In this document: in pieces, positions 46,003 to 58,479 of the stretch
Layout of the letters: every line of letters starts with the position of its first letter
Position numbering within the stretch: the stretch's first letter is position 1
Origin: Malacoraja senta
Lineage: Eukaryota
Reading direction: 5' to 3'
Length of the DNA stretch: 64,000 nucleotides
Assembly: GCA_038087875.1 (NCBI GenBank)
Contig: CM075993.1
Span: forward strand, 2,110,001 to 2,174,000
Made by a program: the position numbers and the translations under genes
Notes under the pieces: model-generated
The model's database searches: none
Told to the model about the DNA's origin: nothing
What the model saw: only the letters and a program-made list of their open reading frames with translations

Positions 46003-46751
46003 GCCAGAGGAGGTAGTTGAGGCTGGGACTATCCCAATGTTTAAGAAACAGTTAGACAGGTACATGGATAGGACAGGTTTGGAGAGATATGGACCAAAAG
46101 CAGGCAGGTGGGACTAGTGTAGCTGGGACATGTTGACCAGTGTGGGCAAGTTGGGGCGAAGGGCCTGTTTCCACACTGTATCACTCTGTGACTCTATCAG
46201 GAAACCATTGTAATGTTCAGACAGAACTGCGCTGGAATGTCATGCCCAGATTCCCTTGTCACCGTACCAAAATAAATTGACTTTGTTTTCCTTCGTTAAG
46301 TACCTTGCCGTCATGGGCAGCATTTTAAAACAAGCTGCAGTGTAGCAAAGTCCCCTGAAAGATGAAAGTTTATTCTTTATAGTAACCCAAAGGATTATGT
46401 ATAACAAGGATCTTCTGAAATCCTATCCAAGTGGCTTAGGAGGGATAGATACTCACAGGAATTTTGACAGAACCTGTGGCCTGGTTCAAACAGTGGAGAC
46501 CTTTGTACATTTTCTTAGCTGTTCCGGGGAAAATATGACCAATGAGCTTTGTGTCTTTTGTTCAGTCTTTATCCAGCAGGTTCTGATCCTACGGCAGCGG
46601 TAAGCGATTCTGCAAAAAGCATATTTTTCAAAGCCTGGTATGGGATAACAAGGTCCATTGAAACACTGTTTAAGAAGGAACTGCGGAGGCTGGAAAAATC
46701 GAAGGTATATAAAAATGATGGAGAAACTCAGCGGGTGAGGCAGGCGAAGGA

Positions 46752-47304
46752 GACCACACCTGGAGTATTGTGTGCAGTTTTGGTCCCCTAATTTGAGGAA
46801 GGACATTCTTGCTATTGAGGGAGTGCAGCGCAGGTTAATTCCCGGGATGGCGGGACTGTCATATGCTGAGAGAATGGAGCGGCTGGGCTTGTACACTCTG
46901 GAGTTTAGAAGGATGAGAGGGTATCTTATTGAAACATATAAGATTGTTAAGGGTTTGGACACGCTAGAGGCAGGAAACATGTTCCCGATGTTGAGGGAGT
47001 CCAGAACCAGGGGTCACAGTTTAAGAATAAGGGGAAAGCCATTTAGAACGGAGACGAGGAAACACTTTTTCTCACAGAGAGTGGCGAGTCTGTGGAATTC
47101 TCTGCCTCAGAGGGCGGTGGAGGCAGGTTCTCTGGATGCTTTCAAGAGAGAGCTAGATAGGGCTCTTAAAGATAGCGGAGTCAGGGGAAATGGGGAGAAG
47201 GCAGGAACGGGGTACTGATTGGGGATGATCAGCCATGATCACATTGAATGGCGGTGCTGGCTCGAAGGGCCGAATGGCCTACTCCTGCACCTATTGTCTA
47301 TTGC
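46752..47304 (+). mobile_element. CR1-clade LINE (HER1-like) 3' fragment
   Basis: ORF 46772..47218 QFWSPNLRKDILAIEGVQRR...SRTRGHSLRI...FFSQRVASLWNSLP...FKRELD; (CTATTGT)n tail. Confidence 0.92.
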
Positions 47305-47401
47305 CTGTTGGAATAGGTGACGTTTCGGGTCGAGACCCTTCTTCAGACTGATGTGGGGGTGGGAAGAAGCTTCTTCCCGCCCCCACCACCCCCACATCAG
47401 T

Positions 47402-47429
47402 CTGAAGAAGGGTCTCGACCCGAAACGTC
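47402..47429 (+). ncRNA. Minimal hammerhead ribozyme motif
   Basis: CTGAAGAAGGGTCTCGACCCGAAACGTC; mirrored by an inverted copy at about 47320-47347. Confidence 0.65.
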
Positions 47430-48108
47430 ACCTATTCCTTCGCTCCATAGATGCTGCCTCACCCTTTGAAACACTTCATTCCCTGGACTCTCGGAGGATT
47501 TGCCTTCAATTTTTCTGTGGAAAAGTTAGTTTGGAGTTTGTTTTATTGTTGGGAAGCATTTCTGCCAGCGACTGACCATCTGATGATAGATTACTTAATG
47601 TTCGGCACCCAATCACTGTGATTAGTCAATTAAACCATTGTCACTGTCCTCTCAGGGTACATTAAGCATGTTCCAAACAGGCTGGGAAATGTGAACCATT
47701 AGTTTAATTATTTTTTATAATAATAATTGCAGAGAAAGCGAATAAGTGCAGAGATGATTTACGAGGATGTTGCCGGGATTCGTGGGCCAGAGCTACAGGG
47801 AGAGGTTGAGCAGACTAGTCTGCTCAACCTCTCCCTGTGGCTCTGGCCCCTCGAGTCCCGGCAACATCCTCGTAAATCATCTCTGCACTTATTTCTCTAT
47901 TCCAAGGACTCTATTCCTTGGAGCGCAGGAGGGTGAGGGGTGATCTTACAGAGGTGTATAGAATCATGAGAGGAATACATCGGGTAGACGCACAGAATCT
48001 CTTGCCCAGAGTAGGGGAATCGAGAACCAGAGGACATAGGTTTACGGTGAAGGAAGGAACTACAGATGCGGATCTACACTGCAGATAAGACACAAAATGC
48101 TGGATTAA

Positions 48109-48320
48109 AGGGCCTGTCCCATTTGGCGATTTTTTCGGTGACTGTCGGCATCGGCGTGACGGCGTGACGCGGTATTGACGCGCGGCGACTCCTCAAGTGT
48201 CGCAACATTTGTTTTTGTTGCCGCTGGATTTTGAAATGTTCACAGTCTTTCGCCGACCCTGATACATCAGTCAATGATGCCGGCAGTCGCCGAAATAAAT
48301 CGGCAAGTGGGACAGGCCCT
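48109..48320. mobile_element. PIF/Harbinger-type MITE, complete
   Basis: AGGGCCTGTCCCA...TGGGACAGGCCCT; TAA at 48106-48108 and 48321-48323; host sequence GGAT-TAA-CTCAGC. Confidence 0.85.
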
Positions 48321-48445
48321 TAACTCAGCGGGACAGGCAGAACCTCTGGATAGAAGGAATGGGTGACGTTTCGGGTCGAGACCTGAAGAAGGGTCTCAAC
48401 CCTAAGCTGTGGTGGTTCTCCTCTTTGTACAAAAGTCTTTACTTA

Positions 48446-48536
48446 CGTGTGTGTGTGTGTGTACGTGTGTGTACGTGTGTGTACGTGTGTGTGTACGTGT
48501 GTGTGTGTACGTGTGTGTGTGTACGTGTGTGTGTGT

Positions 48537-48579
<43 letters not shown>

Positions 48580-48636
48580 TGTGTGTGTGTGTGTGTGTGT
48601 GTGTCTCTCTCTGTGTGTGTGTCTCTCTGTGTGTGT

Positions 48637-48686
<50 letters not shown>

Positions 48687-48912
48687 GCGTGTGTGTGTGC
48701 ATGTGCGTGTGTGTGTGTGTGTGTCTCTCTGTGTGTGTGTCTCTGTGTGTGTGTGTGTCTCTGTGTGTGTGTGTGTGTGTGTGTGTCTCTCTGTGTGTGT
48801 GTGTGAGTGTGTGTGTGTGTGTGTGGTGTGTGTGGTGTGTGTGTGGTGTGTGTGTGTGTACGTGTGTGTACGTGTGTGTACGTGTGTGTACGTGTGTACG
48901 TGTGTGTGTGTG
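48446..48912. repeat. Compound (TG)n microsatellite with TAC and TC interruptions
   Basis: Directly visible, about 470 bp. Confidence 0.97.
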
Positions 48913-49307
48913 CAGATGGCAAAGATATTTCGATGCAGTACATGATGCTTGCCCGGCGTTGGGCATGTTTCAAAGTGTTTACACTACAGTTGGAATTTGC
49001 TTTGTACAAACACACATGTTCATCTGTAAACCTTCGCTGTGGATTTTGGAGAATGAAAAGCTGAGTTAACCGTCAAAGTAAACTTAGAAAATGTCAGGGC
49101 TTTTATTTGTGTGGATGAAACATCAAAATGCTTGTACGCAATGTAATTATTCACTCGCTTCTCAAGTCATCTAAATGAGGCAAATGTAATCACCCCTGAT
49201 ATTTACATTTGGCTTTCCTTTATCTTAGCCGGGGTTAGATTCTCTCTTCCCCTCTTCCTCCCCTTCCCTCTCTCCCACCCATTGATATCTGGAACAACAT
49301 TTCACAC

Positions 49308-49737
49308 ATAGACAATACACAATAGACAATAGGTGCAGGAGTAGGCCATTTAGGCCCTTCGAGCCAGCACCACCATTCAATGTGATCATAGCTGATCATC
49401 CCCAACCAGTACCCCGTTCCTGCCTTCTCCCCATATCCCCTGACTCCGCTATCTTTAAGAGCCCTATCTAATATCTTGAAAGCATCCAGAGAACCGGCCT
49501 CCACCGCCCTCTGAGGCAGAGAATTCCACAGACTCACCACTCTCTGTGAGAAAAAGTGTTTCCTCGTCTCCGTTCTAAATGGCTTACTCCTTATTCTTAA
49601 ACTGTGGCCCCTGGTTCTGGACTCCCCCCAACATCGGGAACATGTTTCCTGCCTCTAGCGTGTCCAAACCCTTAACAATCTTATATGTTTCAATGAGATA
49701 GCCTCTCATCCTTCTAAACTCCAGAGTGTACAAGCCC
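49308..49737 (-). mobile_element. CR1-clade LINE 3' fragment
   Basis: Close reverse complement of 46890-47300. Confidence 0.9.
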
Positions 49738-49856
49738 ACATAGCTAAGCTTCTAAAGCAAATGCAATGATTGCCACAGCCTTAAATATTCCACGATGTAC
49801 AAAAAATGCACTCCCTTCATCCTTGAAACAAGACACAAAGTTCTCAAGCAACTGAG

Positions 49857-50153
49857 GGGGCACGGTGGCATAGCGGTAGAGTTGCTGCCTCACAGCGCCA
49901 GAGACCTGGATTTGATCCTGACCACGGGTGCTGGCTGCACGGAGTTTGTACGTTCTCCCCGTGACCACGTGGGTTTCCTCCGGGGGCTCTGGTTTCCTCC
50001 CACATTCCAAAGACGTGCAGGTGGATTAGCTTCTGTAAATTGCCCCTAGTGTGTAGGATAGTGCTAGAGTACGGGGTAATCATTGTTCGGTGTAGAATCC
50101 ATGGGCCGAAGGGCCTGTTTCCGCACTGCATCTCTAAACTAAACTAAACTAAA
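49857..50153 (+). mobile_element. tRNA-derived V-SINE, full length
   Basis: Head, core, tail and (CTAAA)n. Confidence 0.87.
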
Positions 50154-50290
50154 TTCCAAAGACCAGCAGGTTTGTAGGTTAATTGGCTTCTGTAAAGTTG
50201 CAAATTGTGCCTGGTTTACCGGATAATGCGGTTCGCTGGTCGGAATGGACTCGGTGGGCAGAAGGGCGTCTTTCCACACTGTATCTCTTA

Positions 50291-50508
50291 AGGGCCTGTC
50301 CCACTTGGTGTTCTTTTCGGGCGACTGCCGGCATCATTGACTGACGTATCAGGTCACCGAAAAATTTGCGTCGTGATGACGTACGACGCACGATGTTTAT
50401 TCAACATTTTTTTCGTCACCGCTGGATTTTGAAATGTTCAAAATCTTTTGGCGACCCTGATATGACTCCGGCAGTCGCCGAAAAAAATCGCCAAGTGGGA
50501 CAGACCCT
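50291..50508. mobile_element. PIF/Harbinger-type MITE
   Basis: AGGGCCTGTCCCACTTGG...CCAAGTGGGACAGACCCT, flanked by TTA and TAA. Confidence 0.82.
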
Positions 50509-50523
50509 TAAAGTGTAAAGTAA

Positions 50524-51084
50524 GTGCCTGTCCCACTTGGCCGTCATTTACGCGACAGGCCGGTAGTGACTGACGTGCGACGGTCGGGCGCGTCATCATG
50601 CGTCCGCACAGCTGTCTGGAGCGCGTGACGTCATTTGAAGATAGACACAAAATGCAGGAGTAACTCAGCGGGACCGGCAGCAACTCTGGAGAGAAGGAAT
50701 GGATGATGTTTCTTCTTCAGTCTGAAAAAGGGTCTCGACCTGAAACGTCACCCATTGCTTCTCTCCAGAGATGCTGCCGGTCCTGCTGAGTTACTCCTGC
50801 ATTTTGTGTCTATCTCCAATCGTCTTGGCCCCGCTCTGGGAGTAGGAGTGGGGGCGGATCCGGATCCGCAACGGCCGTGAGCCCCAGGCCGAGCTCGGCG
50901 ATCGTTTGCCTGCTTCTGCTGCTGTTGGAGGTGAGACGTTGCGCCGCGCCAGGGTGTCCCAATTGGCCGTCATTTACGCGACAGGCCAGTGGCGTGCGAA
51001 GATTTCGTGCAGAACGAAATCCTGGAGGGCTGCGTGATACCGCACACTCCTCCGCGCAAATGACGGCCAAGTGGGACAGGCCCT
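50524..51084. mobile_element. Harbinger-type composite MITE carrying a Penelope-derived foldback (about 50637-50816)
   Basis: Left TIR, cargo, degenerate internal TIR copy at about 50952 and right TIR CCAAGTGGGACAGGCCCT. Confidence 0.7.
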
Positions 51085-52814
51085 GTAAAGTCTAAAACAG
51101 ATCAAGCAGCATCTGTAGAGGGAATGGACAGATATGATACGGTACGATAGAACTTCATTTATCCAGGAGGGAAATTGATCTCCTGAGAACATTTTGGTTT
51201 GGGACCATTCTTCAGACCCTCCTTTCTTCCTTAAACATATTCTCATAGTTCGGCTCTGTGTGATCAAGTGACTAAATTTCAATGAGCAAACTTATGGATC
51301 CATTCAATGTTTGTCTTTTCCATTGAACGCAGGGATTTGCTTACAAAGAATTGCAGATTCAATTTAAATTCATCCAGTGCGATCAAATGCCAAATCTTAT
51401 TAATTGGCATATCCAATCATGAATTCAATGGTTTGCGTTTAAGATAATTGTCCATTAATAGACACATGGAAGTATAACAGTTTGCAATTTAACTCAAATC
51501 ACTTTCTATTGTATTTGAAAAGGACAACAGGAAACCAATTATTCCAAATCAATTACTAAGAGTCAAGTGATAATTTGCATTTGTTCACTCACCTGTTAAT
51601 GTCAATCATTTGGTTTATCTCCAACAGAATCCTCGTTCATCCATGCTGATACGAGTCGTCTGACGATTCTGTGCATATTTCTGTCGCGAGGGTGAAATGG
51701 CAAACCTCAATGGATTGATCTTATTTCCCTCATTTCTCCCAGCCTCTCCCTCTCCCCCTCTCTCTTTCACTCTCCCCCTCTCTCCCTCTTCCTCTCATGT
51801 CTTCACACATCCCAGCAGTGGTGCAGCAGTAGAGCCACACGGTAGAGTCACAGCGCCAGAGACCCGGGTTCGATCCTGACCTCAGGTGGCATCTGTGTTG
51901 AGTTTGCACATTCTCCCTGTGTCTGAACTAAGTTAGTTTAGAAGGCTGCTTCCCAATTGTATTAACGGCCCCACAGCAGAAGCATCCACGTCGCGGGGCA
52001 GGAAACTGGAAGTATCCCGAGCTAATTCTGCTACCACCATCATCTATTGCAACAAGTAATGGCCTCCACTGATTGTCGCCAGAAGCTTGCGTCCATTTCA
52101 GGACGGACAATGACAGCGAGGTCAACATTTGTACCAACATGGACACGGAAAGAAGAAGAATTCTATTCATGGTGGCCATCCATGTAATCCTCGATTAAAT
52201 TTGGCTTTCAATACCAGCCAGTGGAAACAGAAACCTTCAAAAGACAATCATTTATACATGTCAAGGTGTCTGTACATGTGATAATGAAGAACAACTGAAG
52301 CATTACATGGAAGCATTGAATTTGCTGAACTAAAGAAGATGGTTAAATCCCAATTGATCCTGCAATCCAGAAGGATTGATGTACAACACTTTCTAAGCCA
52401 TTACATGTCCATGCACGAGTCTATAAACACAACGTTGACCTTCTGCTATGCCTAGGGTCAACTCCAATCTTCCTTCACATATCATGGGAGCAGACACTTG
52501 AGGCACATTCAGAAACTCTTCATCGCACGACTTACTGTTTAAGAAAGAACTGCAGATGCTGGAAAAAAATTGAAGGTAGACAAAAATGCTGGAGAAACTC
52601 AACGGGTGAGGCAGCATCTGTGGAGCGAAGGAAATAGGTGACGTTTCGGGTCGAGACCCTTCTTCAGGACCCGAAGCGTCACCCATTCCTTCTCTCCAGT
52701 GATGCTGCCTGTCCCGCTGAGTTACTCCAGCATTTTGTGTCTACCTATCTCATAATGTTATATATACTTCTTCCATGGTCTCCCCACAACCTCTGGTATT
52801 CTAAGTCTTTCCAA

Positions 52815-53490
52815 CCTCTCCCTGTAGCTCACACGCCTCATTCGCCCCTTCCCACCCGAACCACCCCCTCCCCGGGCACTTTCCCTTGCAACCGCAAGAG
52901 ATGCTACACTTGTCGCTTTACCTCCCCCCTCGACTCCATTCAAGGACCCAAGTAGTCGTTCCAGGTGCGTCAGAGGTTCACCTGCACCTCCTCCAAGCTC
53001 ATCTATTGCATCCGCTGCTCTAGATGTCAGCTGCGCTACATCGGTGAGACCAAGCGTAGGCTTGGCGATCGTTTCGCCCAACACCTCCGCTCGGTTCGCA
53101 ATAACCAACCTGATCTCCCGGTGGCTCAGCACTTCAACTCCCCCTCCCATTCCGAATCTGACTTTTCTGTCCTGGGCCTCCTCCATGGCCAGAGTGAGGA
53201 CGACTGCAAATTGGAGGAGCAGCACCTCATATTCCGCTTGGGCAGTTTGCACCCCAGCGGTACGAACATTGACTTCTCTAATTTCAGGTAGTCCTTTACT
53301 TTCTCCTCCCCTTTTCAGCTCTCCCTCAGCCCACTGGCTCCACATCTTCCTTTCTTTTTCCCGCCCCCCCCCCCCCCCCCTCCCACCCTCACATCAGGCT
53401 GAAGAAGGGTTTCGGCCCGAAACGTTGCCTATTTCCTTCGCTCCATAGATGCTGCCTCACCCGCTGAGTTTCTCCAGCCATTTTGTCCTC
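52815..53490 (+). mobile_element. Penelope-like retroelement 3' part (Neptune-type): Cys-rich linker, GIY-YIG endonuclease and terminal repeat with hammerhead motif
   Basis: Translations PGTFPCNRKRCYTC and LIYCIRCSRCQLRYIGETKRRLGDRFAQHLRSV...HFNSPSH...EQHLIFRLGSLHPSGTN; an in-frame stop at about 52953 shows decay. Followed by CTGAAGAAGGGTTTCGGCCCGAAACGTT at 53399-53426. Confidence 0.9.
53399..53426 (+). ncRNA. Minimal type I hammerhead ribozyme motif (Penelope-associated)
   Basis: CUGAAGA + A + stem II GGGU-UUCG-GCCC + GAAA + CGUU, about 110 nt after the GIY-YIG stop codon. Confidence 0.7.
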
Positions 53491-53885
53491 ATTCTGATAA
53501 ACCTCCTCCGTACCATTTCCAAAGCCTCCATATTCTTCCTGTATTGGGATGACCTAAACTGCACGCAATACTCCAAATGCAGCCCTATAACACTTCTCTA
53601 ACACTAAGCTAACTCACGGTAATGTTACACAGAGTACATCTGTTTTCCTTGGTTCCATCATCCTTGTTCAATCCCATGAGATGATATAATGTTATATTAC
53701 TTTTAATATTTGCTATTTCCACTTGGCTGTGAAAACAACGTATTAATGCTATCTTTACCGCTAGTCATTACCAGGGGGGGGAAAGCAGAAACCAAACAGC
53801 TGGAAAGAATCAGAGGATCACGCAGCTGTGCTGAGTAAAACTCTGCAAGTGCCTCAGCTCGATGACCTTTCATCAGAACAAGTTA

Positions 53886-54215
53886 AGGGCTTGTCCCACT
53901 TACACAACCTTTTCGGCGACTGCCGGCACTTGTTATAGGTCGCCGAAAATTTTCAACATGCTGAAGATTCAGCGGCAACCAGAAAGACGCTACGACTCTT
54001 TGGGTGACCGAGGAGACTACTCACGACCATACAGGCGACACCCTGGCGACATGCCCCCTGGTGACTGTATGGGTCGTGAGTCGTCTCCTCAGTCACCCAA
54101 AGAGTCGTAGCGTCTTTCTGATCGCCGCTGAATTTTCAAACATGTTGAACATTTTGGGCGACCCATGACGGGTGCCGGCAGTGGCCGAAAAAGTTGCGTA
54201 AGTGGGACAGGTCCA
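53886..54215. mobile_element. PIF/Harbinger-type MITE, complete
   Basis: AGGGCTTGTCCCACTTAC...GTAAGTGGGACAGGTCCA; TTA on both sides. Truncated relatives at 1984-2146 and 59993-60126. Confidence 0.85.
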
Positions 54216-54507
54216 TTAAAGTGGCAACTCACTTTACACTGGAAATGTTAGATACAACCACGATACAATCCGATACGATAGAACTTTATTCATCCCCGGA
54301 GGGAGATTGGTCAGCCGACAGTCACAACACACAACAAGGGGCACGATAGCTTGAAATTAAAATTAAATTTAAAGTGGGAATAAAAAAGAAAAAGTCAAGC
54401 GACTGTTGGCTGGCTGCCGTGTGCACAGCCCCTTCACCGGAACAAACACTTATACCCTGGGCTGAGGATTCTAGAGTGTCCCCCCCCCCCCCACCTTCCA
54501 GTTCTGT

Positions 54508-55510
54508 ACAGTACAGTTTTGGTCTCCTAATTTGAGGAAGGACATCCTTGTGATTGAGGCAGTGCAGCGTAGGTTCACAAGATTGATCCCTGGGATGGCG
54601 GGACTGTCGGATGAGGAAAGTTTGAAAAGACTAGGCTTAAACAGATCACTTCCACCTGACGTGGTCTGCATTTATAGAATTATTACAAATATAGGGTGCA
54701 AAAGTACTAAAAAAAAAATTGAGGTCAGGTAAGGGGGGATGCTAGTTGAAGAGTTGGTATGTCCCATTTACGTAATGCTCATAAAAATATTTGTTTCTCT
54801 CTTTTTCCTCTTTCTCTTTCTCTTTCTTTTCTAGGGTCTATTTCTTAACTCTTTTTCTTTTGTTTTTTAATTTTGCTCTTATAGGGTCTTCGTCCTTGTT
54901 TGTTGTCACATTTTCTACACTTTCACTTTTTCCTTCACTTTCTTCTTTCTTTCAATCTTTTCTTTTTCTAGTGTAAAAAATAAATGGAGTACATTAATTG
55001 TAAGAAGACATAAGTGACGAGTACTAATGTATGTGGTTGTAATGTAATGTACTTCTAATAAATAAAAATTAAAAAAAAAAAAAAGACTAGGCTTGTATTC
55101 ACTGGAGTTTAGAAGGATGAGGGGGGGGGGTTTATAGAAACATATAAAATTATAAAAGGACTGGACAAGCTAGATGCAGGAAATTTGTTTCCAATGTTGG
55201 GCGAGTCCAGAACCAGGGGCCACAGTCTTAAAATAAAGGGGAGGTCATTTAAGACTGAGGTGAGAAAAAAAAATGTCACCCAGAGAGTTGTGAATTTATG
55301 GAATTCCCTGCCACAGAGGGCAGTGGAGGCCAAATCACTGGATGGATTTAAGAGAGTTAGATAGAGCTCTAGGGGCTAGTGGAATCAAAGGATATGGGGA
55401 GAAGGCAGGCACGGGTTATTGATTGGGGACGATCAGCCATGATTACAATGAATTGCGGTGCTGGCTCGAAGGGCCGAATTGCTTCTGCACCTGTTTTCTA
55501 TGTTTCTATG
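54508..55510 (+). mobile_element. CR1-clade LINE 3' fragment interrupted by a poly(A)-tailed insertion
   Basis: CR1 ORF2 sequence on both sides of 54639-55080. Confidence 0.85.
54639..55080 (+). mobile_element. Poly(A)-tailed retroposed insertion (L1-type 3' end)
   Basis: Ends AATAAATAAAAATT-poly(A); 14-bp TSD AAAAGACTAGGCTT at 54625-54638 and 55081-55094. Confidence 0.8.
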
Positions 55511-56318
55511 ATTCCCCCACATCAGGTCCCCCTTTGTTCTCCCACCGTCTCTCAGGCTGGGTCTCCCCCCCCCGCCTCACGCTCATCGACCGCCGATCGC
55601 GAGGCCCCACCATCGCCGAGCGAAAGGAGATTCCCGGATTAAACCTTCTACTGTGCCTTTGAATTGCACTTTAAATCATCCCAAATGTCTTGCCCAGTTC
55701 AACAGTTCATAAGTGATAGGATTAGTTGCCAACACCTGTTTTTGGTTACCTTGTCTTCAAGCCAAAAGTCCTTCAAATCCCCAATTCTTAGGGTGTAGGA
55801 TTTAATGAATTATGACTTCATATTGCTGTTTGCAATCAAATAAAGTCACATCAGATTGCGATCAAAATGCCAATTCATCCATTATTACCCTGGCAACCGG
55901 GTGATATTATTTCTGCCTCAAATCTACATCACCACTCTAATACAGAATGATGGAAAAAAATACTAACTCGGCATTAAACGTTTTTCTTTGTAACCCACCA
56001 AGAGAATGCTCTCTCTCTCTCACAAGTGAAATTATAATGTCTCCTGTTATGGATTTCCCTGTGATTGCAATGCACTTGTATTCCAAATGGAAAGGATGAT
56101 GTCAGTGTTTCTTCACAATAAAATCTCATGATCGCAAGGGATGAGATTAAGAGAAATATATTGACGTTATTGTAATGACTTCACTCTGATGTAAGGACAA
56201 GAACTAGAGAGCTTAATCAGCCTTTAAAAGATCTTGTTCTTAATCCCAACTCTGATCAATCGCCACATATCCACCTGCATTCGGCTGATTCTGAGAATAA
56301 TAAACTTAGTATGATTCA

Positions 56319-56646
56319 TTTAGTTTTAGTTTGGAGATTCAGCGCGGAAACAGGCCCTTCGGCCCACCGAGTCCGCACCGACCAGCGATCCCCGCACATT
56401 AACGCCATCCTAAACACACTAGGGACAGTTTTTACATTTACACCAAGCCCATCAACCTACAAACCTGTATGCCTTTGGAGAGTGGGGGGAAACCGAAGAT
56501 CTCGGAGAAAACCCACGCAGGTCACGGGGAGAACGTACAGTACGAAATCCGTACAGACAGCACCCGTAGTCGGGATCGAACCCAGGGGCTCTGGTGCTGT
56601 AAGCGCTGTAAGGCAACAACTCTACCGCTGCGCCACCGTGCCGCCC
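56319..56646 (-). mobile_element. tRNA-derived V-SINE, full length
   Basis: Head with anticodon-region duplication, core, tail. Confidence 0.87.
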
Positions 56647-57390
56647 CATACGCTCATTGCCTTCTCTGGACTGTCAGAGGCTGAGGGAAGACCTGATAGA
56701 AATATACATAACGATGAGAGGCATAGACGCAGTAGATAGTTGGAACCTTTTTCCCCTTTGCTGAGTATTGTGTTCAGTTCTGGGCACCATGTTATAGGAA
56801 AAATGTCATGGGGAGACCTCATGCATTTTAATAATCAACGTTGGACACCAGCTGGACTATAGAGACACAACGCTGGAGTAACTCAGCGGGATAGGCAGCA
56901 TCTCTGGAGAGAAGGAATGGATGACGTTTGGGTCGAGACCCTTCTCCAGCTGCAAGACTGCAGTTCTTGCTACATCTCCAGAAGGGACACCATCGATCTG
57001 CAAAGAAAGATCGATGCTTCTGTAACACTGCTTCAATGAGATGGAGCACTACACTATTTTCTTGTCGGGATAACTGAATATAATGGAGACATTTGTGCCT
57101 CGACAAATGCACGCACTGATAGAAATGATTGTTATTTGCAAGGTATCAGAAGTCCTCATCGCCCTTGAATAATTAAGCAGCTCTCTGATGGTGATATATT
57201 TATGTCTGGGTCTGATTCGACTGAAGTACCAACCTAATGAAAAACTGTTTGCAAGAACACCCAGTATTAGGTTATCTTTCGTTATCTTTTCATAATATCT
57301 TTCACTCTTTGGGACTGAATTTGTGTTTAGGGAGATTTTCATTTGCTTGGACCAAGGACCATTCTTCTTTGGCCTCGTTCTCATAGGCTT

Positions 57391-57690
57391 GCACGATGGC
57401 GCAGCGGTAGAGTTGCTGCCTCACAGCGCCAGAGACCCGGGTTCGATCCCGACTACGGTCGAACGGAGTTTGTACGTTCTCCCCGTGACCTGCGTGGGTT
57501 TTCTCCAGGATCTCCGGTTTCCTCCCACACTCCAACGACGTGCAGGTTTGTAGGTTAATTGGTGGATACAATCATAAATTGTCCCTAGTGTGTGTAGATT
57601 CGTGTTAGTGTGCGGGGATCGCTGGTCGGCGCGGACTCGGTGGGCTGGAGGGCCTGCTTCTGCGCTGCATCTCTAAACCAAGCTAAACTA
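57391..57690 (+). mobile_element. tRNA-derived V-SINE, near full length
   Basis: Head, core, tail and (CTAAA)n. Confidence 0.85.
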
Positions 57691-57707
57691 AATAAAGGAA
57701 TTATATT

Positions 57708-57924
57708 GAAGATAGACATTAAATGCTGGAGTAACTCAGCGGGACAGGCAGCATCTCTGGAGAGAAGGAATGGGTGACGTTTTGGATCGAGACCGTTCTT
57801 CAGAGTCTTGACCTGAAACATCACCCATTCCTTCTCTCCAGAGATGCTGCCTGTCCTGCTGAGTTACTCCTGCTTTTTGTGTCTATCTGCAGTTTAAACC
57901 AGCATCTGCAGTTCCTTCCGACAC
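57708..57924. mobile_element. Penelope-derived foldback short element with 14-bp target duplication
   Basis: AAAGGAATTATATT at 57694-57707 and 57925-57938; inverted arms inside. Confidence 0.8.
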
Positions 57925-58479
57925 AAAGGAATTATATTAGATAATAGACAATAGACAATAGGTGCAGGAGTAGGCCATTTGGCCCTTCGAGCCAGCACCG
58001 CCATTCAATGTGATCATTGCTGATCATCCCCAATCAGTACCCCGTTCCTGCCTTCTCCCCATATCCCCTGACTCCGCTATTTTTGAGAGCCATATCTAGC
58101 TCTCTCTTGAAAGCATCCAGAGAACCTGCCTCCACCGCCCTCTGAGGCAGAGAATTCCACACTCACCACTCTCTGTGAGAAATTAGCATCTTACCCATTA
58201 GAAAATACAACATGCCTTGCGGAGGTTGTCACAAAAACTTCCACCGTTAATCGATATTTTGCCACGATCAAATATGACTCAAGCAAAAGAAAGCTGGGAT
58301 TGCCATTGTTATTTGTACATTGGAATTTAAACCTTGTGAACCTGTTATCGGAGTTCATCGTGTGATTGCTGAGAACAGCACAATTAGCCCTTCCTCAAAG
58401 CCATTTGCCGAGCATCACTTGTCTTGTCTGTGGGAGAAATCAACTTTTTAATGTAGGGGCAAGGGGATAACCATATTTC

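Noticed and set aside
52965..53291. Functional or domesticated GIY-YIG nuclease gene
   Set aside because: No ATG start, an in-frame stop just upstream and no RT domain; it is a 5'-truncated Penelope copy.
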